From an uncultured Desulfocurvus sp. (lineage in GTDB: Bacteria; Desulfobacterota; Desulfovibrionia; Desulfovibrionales; Desulfovibrionaceae): a DNA stretch of 64,000 nucleotides. Numbering within the stretch: the first letter of the stretch is position 1; every line of letters begins with the position of its first letter. The stretch spans positions 39,644-103,643 of the forward strand of contig CAYUOW010000001.1 of NCBI GenBank assembly GCA_964446455.1. Reading direction: 5' to 3'. Position numbers and translations under genes: made by a program. A model generated the notes under the pieces. The model had not been told where the DNA came from, did no database searches, and saw nothing but the letters and a program-made list of their open reading frames with translations. Positions 10,859 through 19,896 of the stretch are shown here, in pieces.

Positions 10859-11107
10859 ATGGAACTGCACTACGAATTCTCCGGGTTCAGCTTCGACGCC
10901 GCACCCGATCCGGACAAGGCCGACCGCATCCGCGTCACCATCCTCAAGGGGGGCGAGCCCTTCACCGACCTGCACGGCCGCCCCATCGAGCGGGCGTTCA
11001 TGGGCAACATCCGCCCGGAAAGCGTGGAGGAGTTCTGCCGCCGCTTCGCCACGGACAGCGCCTACCGGAACGAACTGCTGGTGAAGCAGACCTTGAGCTG
11101 CTGCTAG
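10859..11107 (+). CDS. Small hypothetical protein ending in CC
   Basis: Strong RBS AAAGGAGG; host-like codon usage; 82 aa. Confidence 0.72.
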   Translation: MELHYEFSGFSFDAAPDPDKADRIRVTILKGGEPFTDLHGRPIERAFMGNIRPESVEEFCRRFATDSAYRNELLVKQTLSCC

Positions 11108-11156
11108 CGGGGCAGCCCCGGCCAGAGCCGGGCCGTCTGCGGAGTCCGCTGCCGCT

Positions 11157-11192
11157 TCAACTGGCGCGTCAATTGGCGCGTCAATTGTCGCG
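11157..11192. repeat. Three tandem 12-bp units covering the corA stop codon
   Basis: TCAACTGGCGCG / TCAATTGGCGCG / TCAATTGTCGCG. Confidence 0.8.
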
Positions 11193-12299
11193 GGTGCGCG
11201 CGGCGGACGGGGAGCCCCCCAGCCAGCCCTTGCGCCGGAAGAAATACAGCATGGTGCCCACCGTGCAGGCCATGACGCCAAGCACCACGAAGTAGCCGTA
11301 CTGGGTCTTGAGTTCCGGCATGTGCTCGAAGTTCATGCCGTACAGCGAAGCCAGGAAGCTTAACGGGATGAAGATGGTGCTGATCATGGTCAGCACCTTC
11401 ATGATCTCGTTCAGCTTCAGGCTCACGTTCGAAAGATACAGTTCCACCATGCCCGAAAGCATGTCGCGGAAGGTCTCCACCGTGTCCATCACCTGGATGG
11501 TGTGGTCGTACAGGTCGCGCAGGTAGAGGATGGTGGAGTCCTTGATGAGGGGGCTGCCGCCCTTTTCCAGCCTGGCCAGCACCTCGCGCAGGGGCCAGAT
11601 GAACCGCCGCAGAAAGAGCGCCTCGCGCCGCAGGCCGTGGATGGTCTCCAGCTCCTGGGGCGTGGGCGAAACCAGCAACGCCTCCTCCACCTCCTCGATG
11701 TCCTCGCCCATGCGCTCCAGCACCACGAAATAGTTGTCCACCACGGCGTCGATGAGCCCGTACATGAGGTAGTCCGGCCCGGCCTTGCAGAGCTTGCCCG
11801 CGCCGGAGACGAGCCGCTTGCGCACCTCGCCGAACACGTCGCCGCCGCCCTTCTCCTGGAAGGTCAGCAGCACGTTCTCCTTGAGGATGAAGCTCACCTG
11901 CTCGTCGGAGATGGTGCGGGTGTCCTCGTCGTAGCGCAGCATCTTCAAGACCGCGAAAAGCGCGTCGCCCAGCTCGTCCAGCTTGGGCCGCTGGCCCGTG
12001 TGCACGATGTCCTCCAGCACCAGCGGGTGCAGCGAGAACAGTTCGCCCAGGCGGGTCACGCAGTCCGGGTCGTGCAGGCCGTCCACGTTGATCCAGGTGA
12101 GGCCAGGCGTGGAGACGTAGGGGGCGCATTCATCGGCGCTCTTGGGGCGCAGCTGGCGCACGCCGTCTTCCCCCGCGCCCGGCGCGGGAATGTGGATGAT
12201 CTCGATGGCCACGGCGGAGCTGCGCTCCGGGCCGATATAGGTGACGGTGCCGGGCGGCAGGCCCTTCTTGCGGATGCGGCGGTGCAGGGACTCGAACAT
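11181..12299 (-). CDS. corA: Magnesium/cobalt transporter CorA
   Basis: GLPPGT, WINVDGLHD, LHPLVLEDI, QRPK, LNEIMKVLT and the YGMNF signature with two C-terminal TMs. Confidence 0.96.
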   Translation of the reverse strand: MFESLHRRIRKKGLPPGTVTYIGPERSSAVAIEIIHIPAPGAGEDGVRQLRPKSADECAPYVSTPGLTWINVDGLHDPDCVTRLGELFSLHPLVLEDIVHTGQRPKLDELGDALFAVLKMLRYDEDTRTISDEQVSFILKENVLLTFQEKGGGDVFGEVRKRLVSGAGKLCKAGPDYLMYGLIDAVVDNYFVVLERMGEDIEEVEEALLVSPTPQELETIHGLRREALFLRRFIWPLREVLARLEKGGSPLIKDSTILYLRDLYDHTIQVMDTVETFRDMLSGMVELYLSNVSLKLNEIMKVLTMISTIFIPLSFLASLYGMNFEHMPELKTQYGYFVVLGVMACTVGTMLYFFRRKGWLGGSPSAARTRDN

Positions 12300-12443
12300 A
12301 TGCGGCCTCCCGGCTGTGGCTGGGCGTTGTCTGCCAGGGCCGGAGGAAAGCGCCGACCCTGGCCGGAACATAGCCGGGAACGGGCCGTCCGTACAGGGGC
12401 GGCCATGCGGCCATGCCGTCAGGCCGGACCCAGGCCGTTGGGG

Positions 12444-13385
12444 TCAGGCGGCGCTGTCGGCCTGGGCGGGGGCTTGGGCCTTGGCCTTGCCCCGCGTCTG
12501 GCCCAGCAGCACGCCCGTCAATATGAGCCCGCAGGCCGCGGTCTGCGCCGGGGCCAGGGCCTCGCCCAGCATGAGCCAGCCCGCCAGCACGGCCACCAGC
12601 GGCACCAGGTTGATGCTCGCCGCGGCCTGGGCCGAGGCCAGGCGCGCCACGGCCTGGTTGTACAGGCCGAAGGCCCCGAGGGTCACCACGCCGCCCAGGT
12701 AGCCCACGGCCAGCCAGGCCTCGCCCGGCACGGTGCGGAACGCGGAGGCCGGGTCGGCCAGCCACTGCGGAGAGGACAAAAGCGCGGCGGGCAGGAAGAA
12801 CAGCGCCCCGGCGAAAACCTGCAGCCCCGTGAGCTGCCAGGAATTGTAGCGGCTGGACAGATGTTTGAGCACCAGCATGTAGCCGCTGGCGCAGCACATG
12901 GCGAGAAGCTCCAGGAAGTTGCCCAGGGCCGGGTTCGGCGCGGACTCTCCCGCGGACCCGGACAGGGACAGCCAGACCACGCCGGACAGGGACAGGCCCA
13001 GGCCCATGATCATCCGCGCGGAGAGCGCCTCGCGCAGGAAGACGAAGGCCCCGGCGGCCACCAAGAGCGGCACGAGGGAGGAGATCATGCCCGCCTGGGC
13101 CGAGGTGGTGAGGCTCACGGCGAAGCCCTCCAGCAGGAAGTACAGGCAGGGCTGCAGCAGGCACACGAAGCCCAGCCACTTGAGGTCGCCGGGCTCGCGG
13201 CCCGCCTTGGGCACGCGGCCCCAGAACAGGCTCATGATGAGCGAGGCCAGGGCCATGCGCAGAAAGATCACGGCCATGGGTGCAAAGCCGGTCAGGGCAT
13301 ACTTCATGGCCACGAAGCTGGTGCCCCAGAGCAGCACGGCTCCGGCCAGGCACAGGTAGGGGACAAGGGGGCGGTGTGCGTTCAT
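12444..13385 (-). CDS. DMT/EamA family transporter
   Basis: About 10 hydrophobic helices; LWGTSF, INLVPL and GEAL EamA motifs. Confidence 0.9.
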   Translation of the reverse strand: MNAHRPLVPYLCLAGAVLLWGTSFVAMKYALTGFAPMAVIFLRMALASLIMSLFWGRVPKAGREPGDLKWLGFVCLLQPCLYFLLEGFAVSLTTSAQAGMISSLVPLLVAAGAFVFLREALSARMIMGLGLSLSGVVWLSLSGSAGESAPNPALGNFLELLAMCCASGYMLVLKHLSSRYNSWQLTGLQVFAGALFFLPAALLSSPQWLADPASAFRTVPGEAWLAVGYLGGVVTLGAFGLYNQAVARLASAQAAASINLVPLVAVLAGWLMLGEALAPAQTAACGLILTGVLLGQTRGKAKAQAPAQADSAA

Positions 13386-13443
13386 GGGGCCACCATGCCA
13401 CGGGGCGCGGCGGGTGTATGGTACGAAATTGCGGTGGAAGGGC

Positions 13444-14319
13444 TCAGGCCCGGCAGGGTTGCCCGGCACAGGGCCAGGCGTCGCAGGGGCGGCTCGTCAG
13501 GTACTGGCGCGGCGTGGCCCCGGTGAACTCCCGGAAGCAGCGCGAGAAGTGGCTCTGGTCCGCGAAGCCCGCGTCCAGCGCGGCCTGGCTGATGGTCATG
13601 CCCCCGGCCAGGAGCGTCTTGGCGTGCTCCACGGCCTGCTGCATCTGGAAGGCGTGGGGCGGCAGGCCCGTGGCGGCCTTGAACACCCGCAGGAAATGGT
13701 GGGGCGAAAGCCCGGCCCGGCGCGCCAGATCATCCAGAGGCTCGAAGCTGCCGGGGTTGGCCTCGATGTGCCTGCGCACCTTGTCCACGCCGGGGTTGGC
13801 CACGGCGGGGTTGCCCTGGTTCCGCCCTTCCTGGTCACGTTTTGCGCCGAGTTCCGCGTGGCGGGCCACCAGCCCGCCCAGGCAGGCCATGAGCAGGGCC
13901 TGTTTCTCGCCTGTGGGAGCCCCCCACACGTAGGCCTCGTGCAGTTCTCGCCAGGCGGCGTAGAGCTCCGGGTCGTCGAGCACCGGGGAGGGAAAGCGCA
14001 GGGCCTGGCCCTGGGCCGCGCCGGCCAGCCAGCCGGGAGCCACGGACAGGAGCCGGTAGGAGATGCCTGTGGCCGGGTCCGGGTTGCAGGCATGGGGCCG
14101 CCCGGCCTCGATGACCACGATATGCCCGGCGCGCGCGGTGTGGCGGGCGCCTTCAAGGCTGAAGCAGGTGCCGCCGGCTTCGACCAGGGAGATGATGCAC
14201 TCGCGGTGCGTGTGGGTGCGGAAGGCTTTTTGCGTGTACGTGGACGAGCGCGCCTCCACCCCGGGCAGGGCTTCGTCGCGCCAGAAGCGCACGTCTGCGT
14301 GGAGCGGCGCGCCGGACAT
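13444..14319 (-). CDS. AraC family transcriptional regulator
   Basis: Cupin (HTH.E...HAC) plus C-terminal LSPHHFLRVFK...GFADQSHFSRCFREFTGATP. Confidence 0.93.
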   Translation of the reverse strand: MSGAPLHADVRFWRDEALPGVEARSSTYTQKAFRTHTHRECIISLVEAGGTCFSLEGARHTARAGHIVVIEAGRPHACNPDPATGISYRLLSVAPGWLAGAAQGQALRFPSPVLDDPELYAAWRELHEAYVWGAPTGEKQALLMACLGGLVARHAELGAKRDQEGRNQGNPAVANPGVDKVRRHIEANPGSFEPLDDLARRAGLSPHHFLRVFKAATGLPPHAFQMQQAVEHAKTLLAGGMTISQAALDAGFADQSHFSRCFREFTGATPRQYLTSRPCDAWPCAGQPCRA

Positions 14320-14328
14320 GGCCGGGGG

Positions 14329-14817
14329 CTAGCGCCAGCCGCCGCCGTGCTTGGAGGTGTAGATGAGGCGGTTGGTCTTTTCGCTCACGGGCTCGAAGGG
14401 GCCCTGGCGGCAGGCGTCTGCGCTCTTGCCCACGCTTTCCAGCACCTGCTCCTTGTAGATCAGGTTGCCCACGTAGAAGTGCGGGTTGCTCTCGGAGCGG
14501 CGCACCTGGCAGACCACGCCGGGCAGGTCTATGGCGCGGAAAGACGCGCGGTACAGGCCGTCGGAGCCTTTGTGGACCTGCATGCTGTGGCGGCCGCCCA
14601 GGATGGTGGCGTTCATGCGCTCCACCTGGGTGCGGGCGAAGTGGGAGAAGTTTTCGTGTTCGCGCACGAGTTCCGGGTCCAGGTGGGCGGGCACTTCCTG
14701 CGCCGGGGCCACGGCCAGGGTGGGCTGGGGCACGGCGGGAGATTCGGCCCGGGCCGCCAAAGGCAGCGCCAGGAGGGCCAGGAGTGCGAGGGAGCTGAAG
14801 CGGGCTTTCACGGACAT
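14329..14817 (-). CDS. Hypothetical exported protein
   Basis: Signal peptide (ARA/ES), two Cys, host-like codon usage. Confidence 0.7.
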   Translation of the reverse strand: MSVKARFSSLALLALLALPLAARAESPAVPQPTLAVAPAQEVPAHLDPELVREHENFSHFARTQVERMNATILGGRHSMQVHKGSDGLYRASFRAIDLPGVVCQVRRSESNPHFYVGNLIYKEQVLESVGKSADACRQGPFEPVSEKTNRLIYTSKHGGGWR

Positions 14818-14906
14818 TTTTGAACTCCGGCGAAGGGGACACGAACAGGGAGAGCGGTTCGGGGCTGCGGAGCATTGTGCCCCGCAGCCCCGGTGAGGTC
14901 AAGAGG

Positions 14907-15953
14907 CTAGTTGCTGCGGATTTCCACGCGGCGGTTAAGGTGGCGGCCTTCCTCGGTCTTGTTGTCGAACTTGGGCTCAAGCTTGCCCTTGCCGACCGGG
15001 TTCAGGCGGGAAGCGCTCATGCCGTGGTCCGACAGCCACTTGGCCACGGAGCCGGCGCGGCGCTCGGACAGCTTCTGGTTGTAGGGCACGCCGCCCACGT
15101 TGTCGGTGTGGCCCTCAATGGTGAACTTCTGGCACTTGGAATCCTTCAGGATGGCCAGGGCCTGCTCCAGGGCGGGCTCCATTTCCTTGGTGATCTGGAA
15201 CTTGTCGAAGCCGAAGTTCAGGTTGCCGAAGGTGATGGTCTCGCACTCGGCCTTCATGGGGGCCATGGCGCGGGGAGCGTCGGCCTCGACGTCGTAGAAC
15301 ACGTCCTTCACGAACTTCTTCAGGGTGGCGGCATCGCCCAGGCCCTTGGCATCGCCGGCCACGGTGCAGCGGCTGATGGCGCGGATCTCGTCGATGACCA
15401 TCTTGCCGCGGGCGTTGTCGGCGTAGGAGACGACGTGGATGCACAGGTTGGGGTACTTGGCGTACAGGGCCTTGGCTTCGGCAACGGGGTCGGTGCCGTA
15501 GTTGGAGTCGCCGTCGGTGAAGATGATCAGCGCGGTCTTGCCGGAGAACTTGGCCAGCACGGGATCAAGGTCCTTCAGGCCGGCGCCCATGGGGGTGTTG
15601 CGGCCGTAAATCTCGTAGTCGGTCTTGAGCTTGGCGTTGGCCGCGGCGATGCTGGCCTTGTCGTAAGCCTTGGGGGCCTGCAGCACTTCATAGGGGGCGA
15701 AGGTGGCCATGCCGCCCTGGTACTTGAGGGCCGGGATCTCGGCGTTCATGCGGCCGATGAGTTCCTTGGCGTGCTTGATTTTCACGGTCTTCAGGGCTTC
15801 GCTGTTCATGGCCATGGAGCCGGAGTAGTCGACGAACAGGATGAAGTTGTCGACCTTGGGCTTCAGGGTTTCCGCAGGGGCCTGAACGGCCAGAACCAGG
15901 GCCATCAGTGCAGCCAGCATCAGGCTGGTGAAAAGGCGCTTGCGAATGCTCAT
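14907..15953 (-). CDS. OmpA-family protein with vWA domain
   Basis: Signal peptide; vWA MIDAS DYSGSM, TPM and FTDG; OmpA domain IEGHTD...YNQKLSERRA...NRRVEI. Confidence 0.92.
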   Translation of the reverse strand: MSIRKRLFTSLMLAALMALVLAVQAPAETLKPKVDNFILFVDYSGSMAMNSEALKTVKIKHAKELIGRMNAEIPALKYQGGMATFAPYEVLQAPKAYDKASIAAANAKLKTDYEIYGRNTPMGAGLKDLDPVLAKFSGKTALIIFTDGDSNYGTDPVAEAKALYAKYPNLCIHVVSYADNARGKMVIDEIRAISRCTVAGDAKGLGDAATLKKFVKDVFYDVEADAPRAMAPMKAECETITFGNLNFGFDKFQITKEMEPALEQALAILKDSKCQKFTIEGHTDNVGGVPYNQKLSERRAGSVAKWLSDHGMSASRLNPVGKGKLEPKFDNKTEEGRHLNRRVEIRSN

Positions 15954-16218
15954 TGAGTGTGCTCCTTGAATTTCAAGCGTTTAGAGAGGGTTAAGCACGA
16001 CTTTTGGCACGATTTTGTGCTTTCAACTATATATAGGGAAAAGTTCGAGGATTGGCAACAATATCCGCACTGCTTTGTTTCAATCGGCCAGGGGCGCGGG
16101 CTTGCGGTTGCCAAGCGGGTGTTCTCAGGATAAAGTTTAGGGTTCCGGAACGCGACCCGCCCCACCCCGGGGGCCGGGCGCCACAAATCTCGGGGCACAA
16201 CCGTCAAGGAGCCGACTC

Positions 16219-17205
16219 ATGTACATCGTCACCGGCGGCGCGGGCTTCATCGGCAGCGCCATGATCTGGAAGCTGAACCAGATGGGCATCGACGACATCC
16301 TTGTGGTGGACAACCTGGCCTCCACCGAGAAGTGGAAGAACCTGGTGAACCTGCGCTACACGGACTACCTGCATCGCGACCGCTTTCTCAAGCTGGTGGC
16401 TGGCGAGGGCGATCCCTTCGGCGTCACGGGCATCGTGCACATGGGCGCCTGCTCCAGCACCACGGAGCGGGATGCCGATTTCCTGATGGAGAACAACACC
16501 CGCTACACCCAGGTGCTGTGCCGCTACGCCCTGGCCAACGGCGCACGCTTCCTGAACGCCTCCAGCGCGGCCACCTACGGCGGCGGCGAGTTCGGCTTCG
16601 AGGACGACCACGCGGGCCTGCACCGGCTCAAGCCGCTGAACATGTACGGCTACTCCAAGCACCTCTTCGATCTCTGGGCGCAGCGTGCGGGCGTGCTGGA
16701 CAAGATCGCCTGCATCAAGTTCTTCAACGTCTTCGGCCCCAACGAATACCACAAGGGCGACATGAAGAGCGTCATCTGCAAGGCCTACGCGCAGATCCTG
16801 GAACGCGGCCAGATGCGGCTGTTCCGCTCCTACCGCCCGGAGTACCCGGACGGCGGCCAGATGCGCGACTTCGTGTACATCAAGGACTGCGTCGACATCC
16901 TCTGGTGGCTCCTGGAACACCCCGAAGCCAACGGCGTCATCAATGTTGGCACCGGAATTGCTCGTACCTGGAATGATTTGGCCAAGGCCGTGTTTCTGGC
17001 CATGGGCCGCAAACCCAACATCGAGTACATCGACATGCCCGAATCCATCCGCGACAAGTACCAGTACCTCACCCGCGCGGAGATGGGGAAGCTTCGGGCC
17101 CTGGGCTACACCGCCCCGTTCAGCACCCTGGAGGACGGCGTAAAGGACTACGTCACCGGGTATCTGGCCAAGGACGATGCCTATCTTGATTCCAGAAAAG
17201 ATTAA
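16219..17205 (+). CDS. hldD: ADP-L-glycero-D-manno-heptose 6-epimerase
   Basis: VTGGAGFIGS, HMGACSSTTE, ASSAATYG, PLNMYGYSK, FNVFGPNEYHKG, RDFVY, YQYLTRA. Confidence 0.96.
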   Translation: MYIVTGGAGFIGSAMIWKLNQMGIDDILVVDNLASTEKWKNLVNLRYTDYLHRDRFLKLVAGEGDPFGVTGIVHMGACSSTTERDADFLMENNTRYTQVLCRYALANGARFLNASSAATYGGGEFGFEDDHAGLHRLKPLNMYGYSKHLFDLWAQRAGVLDKIACIKFFNVFGPNEYHKGDMKSVICKAYAQILERGQMRLFRSYRPEYPDGGQMRDFVYIKDCVDILWWLLEHPEANGVINVGTGIARTWNDLAKAVFLAMGRKPNIEYIDMPESIRDKYQYLTRAEMGKLRALGYTAPFSTLEDGVKDYVTGYLAKDDAYLDSRKD

Positions 17206-17226
17206 TGAAGAAAGGACGATACTGAT

Positions 17227-19881
17227 TTGAAGCGCACGCGGCACACCATGCTTCCGGCTCTCTGGCTCTTCTTGAGCCTGCTGGCCGGGCCCGCCCTGGG
17301 GGCGACCGGAGACACCGTCTCCGGCGCCAGCGAAGTGCGTCTGCCGGTGACGCCGCCGCCCTCCAAAGACGTCAAGACCGCCACGAGCCAGATGCGCCAG
17401 GTGCGCCTGGACATCGCCACCCGCACCACCCCGGCCGCGCCGGACTTCACCAAGGGCGTCGAGATTCCGACGGCCGCCCAGCCCGCGCTGCCCGTGTTCG
17501 ACGAAAACCAGATCCTGGGGCAGATCGCCGCGCCGCCGCCGCCGCCCGTGTTCCCCGGCTTTTCCACCAACGGCCCGGAACTGCGCATGGGTGTGACCCC
17601 GCCGTCCGCCGCCGCCAAGGGCGGGGCCAACGGGCAGAACTCCCTGGCCGTGGGCGGGCAGGAGCAGTGGAACCTGGCCGCAGACCGCATCATCGGCCAG
17701 CACGGCAGCGAATACATCGAGGCTGTGGGCGGGGCCACCCTGGTGCGCGGCCTGAACACCCTCAAGGCCGACTTCATCCGCTACTACCAGGCCAGCCGCT
17801 GGGTCATCCTGCGCGGCAACGTGCGCGTGCTCTGGGAGGGCGACGTGCTGGAGGCCGAGGAGGCCGAGTTCGACCTGACCAGCATGCAGGGCTGGCTCAA
17901 GCGCGGCAAGATCTACGTGGCCAAGACCAACTCCCACGTGGAGACGGCCTACGCCCGCAAGTACGGCACCTCGAGCTACCGCTTCCAGAATGCCAAGTTC
18001 ACCGCCTGCGACGGCGACAAGCCCGCCTGGTCCTTCACGGCCGAGGACGGCGACCTGAACCTGGACGGCCGCACCCAGCTCTGGGGCTCGCGCTTCAACG
18101 TGCTGGACCAGCCCGTGGCCTACTCGCCCTTCCTTTCGCTGCCGGGCAGCGGCAAGCGCCAGAGCGGCCTGCTGATTCCGGAGCTTTCGCACAGCAGCCG
18201 GCGCGGCTATGCCGTCAACCAGCCCTATTACTATGTTCTCGATGAAGAGCGCGACCTGACTTTCTTTGAGAACGCCATGAGCAGCCGGGGCCTGATGCAG
18301 GGCCTGGAGTACCGCCACGCGGAAAACAGCCGCACCAAGGGCGACTGGCGCATAGACTTCCTGCACGACCGCAAGGTTGCCGCCAAGCAGGCCGACGAGG
18401 AGCTGTACCAGCAGAACGACGGCCTTGTGCGCCCCAACCGCAACCGCTGGTGGGCGCGCAGCAAGTACGACGGCTTCGTGGTGGACCCGGACTGGAACTT
18501 CAAGCTCGACATGGACATGGTGAGCGACCAGAACTACCTGCGCGAATTCGGCTCCGGGGCTTCCGGCTTCGAGGCCAGTCGCCGCAATTTCCTGAAGGAC
18601 TTCGGCCGCGATCTCGAAGTGGCCGACTCGCTTACCCGCACCAGCACGGCTTTTGTTTCGCGCAGCTGGGAAAAATACGGGGTCACGGCCAAGGCCTCCT
18701 GGGTGCAGAACTTGGCCTACATGAACGGCAACAACTCCGCCTCCAAGAACCCCACCACCCAGAGCCTGCCGGAGCTGAACGCCTTCGCCTTCAAGGACGC
18801 CCTGGCGGGCACGCCCTTTGACCTGGAGGCGGCCAGCCGCTTCAACTATTTCTGGCGTGAGTACGGCACGCGGGGCGTGCGCACCGACCTGCACCCCACG
18901 CTGAGCCTGCCGCTGAACATGGGCCCGGTGACGCTGATTCCCAGCGGCGGCGTGCGCAACACGGCCTACACCGTGGGCGGCTACACCAACGAGCCCTCCA
19001 CCACCACGGGCAACAAGACTCCCACCCGCACCTTCTACGAGCTGGGCTTCACCGGCTTCACCGAATTTTCGCGGGTGTTCAGCCTGGCCGACCAGCCCCT
19101 GGCCGCCACGCAGGAGAACATCGGCAAGAGCGAGTGGGGCGCCGTGCGCCACAGCGTCACGCCCCGGCTGGAGTTCGCCTACGTGCCCGCGCCCAAGTCC
19201 CAGGACCGCCTGCCCTACTTCGACACCCTGGACCGCCTGAACCGTCAGAACCTCGTCACCTACTCGCTGACCAACGTCTTCGACCGCAAGCGCAGCAGCG
19301 TGGTGGCTGGACCGAACAAGCCCGGCGTGGACGGCAACTCCACCATCCCGGTGACCAGCACCGACTATCTGGACTTCCTGCGCGTACGCATCGAGGAATC
19401 CTTCAACCGCGACGAGGCCGCCCGCACCGACCAGCTGGGCACCTATTCCAAGCGGCCCTTCTCCGACGTCATGCTTGAGGCAGCCTTCCGTCCGGAGAAG
19501 TACCTGACCTTGACCACCAAGACCTACTATTCGCCTTACCTCAACCGGCCCACGGAGCACGAGAACAGCGTGACCCTGACCAAGGAGAAGCTGGGCGAGC
19601 TGCGCTTCGGCTACGACTACCTGCACCCGGTGGACGAGTATACGCGCCACCGCACCAGCAATGTGCAGGTGCTTACCCTTGGTGCGGATTATCACATCAC
19701 CGAGAAGCTCAAGTTCGTCAGCGACTACCGCATGGACATCGCCGCGCACTCCGACCTGGAGAAGACGGCCGGCTTCGTCTGGCGCGACCAGTGCTACGAG
19801 ATCCAGTTGAAGTACTCGCGCAAGCCCAGCGACCAGAGCGTGGAACTGCGCTTCAACCTGCTTGATTTCGGCAAGCCCTAA
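17227..19881 (+). CDS. lptD: LPS-assembly outer-membrane protein LptD
   Basis: Signal peptide, OstA-like N-domain, FTACD...W, KRQSGLLIP, beta-barrel alternation, C-terminal DQC. Start codon uncertain. Confidence 0.87.
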   Translation: MKRTRHTMLPALWLFLSLLAGPALGATGDTVSGASEVRLPVTPPPSKDVKTATSQMRQVRLDIATRTTPAAPDFTKGVEIPTAAQPALPVFDENQILGQIAAPPPPPVFPGFSTNGPELRMGVTPPSAAAKGGANGQNSLAVGGQEQWNLAADRIIGQHGSEYIEAVGGATLVRGLNTLKADFIRYYQASRWVILRGNVRVLWEGDVLEAEEAEFDLTSMQGWLKRGKIYVAKTNSHVETAYARKYGTSSYRFQNAKFTACDGDKPAWSFTAEDGDLNLDGRTQLWGSRFNVLDQPVAYSPFLSLPGSGKRQSGLLIPELSHSSRRGYAVNQPYYYVLDEERDLTFFENAMSSRGLMQGLEYRHAENSRTKGDWRIDFLHDRKVAAKQADEELYQQNDGLVRPNRNRWWARSKYDGFVVDPDWNFKLDMDMVSDQNYLREFGSGASGFEASRRNFLKDFGRDLEVADSLTRTSTAFVSRSWEKYGVTAKASWVQNLAYMNGNNSASKNPTTQSLPELNAFAFKDALAGTPFDLEAASRFNYFWREYGTRGVRTDLHPTLSLPLNMGPVTLIPSGGVRNTAYTVGGYTNEPSTTTGNKTPTRTFYELGFTGFTEFSRVFSLADQPLAATQENIGKSEWGAVRHSVTPRLEFAYVPAPKSQDRLPYFDTLDRLNRQNLVTYSLTNVFDRKRSSVVAGPNKPGVDGNSTIPVTSTDYLDFLRVRIEESFNRDEAARTDQLGTYSKRPFSDVMLEAAFRPEKYLTLTTKTYYSPYLNRPTEHENSVTLTKEKLGELRFGYDYLHPVDEYTRHRTSNVQVLTLGADYHITEKLKFVSDYRMDIAAHSDLEKTAGFVWRDQCYEIQLKYSRKPSDQSVELRFNLLDFGKP

Positions 19882-19896
19882 GGGCATCCTTGGGGC

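Noticed and set aside
16004-16020. Sigma54-like TTGGCACGATTTTGT upstream of hldD
   Set aside because: The -12 element is GT, not the near-invariant GC; unsupported without further data.
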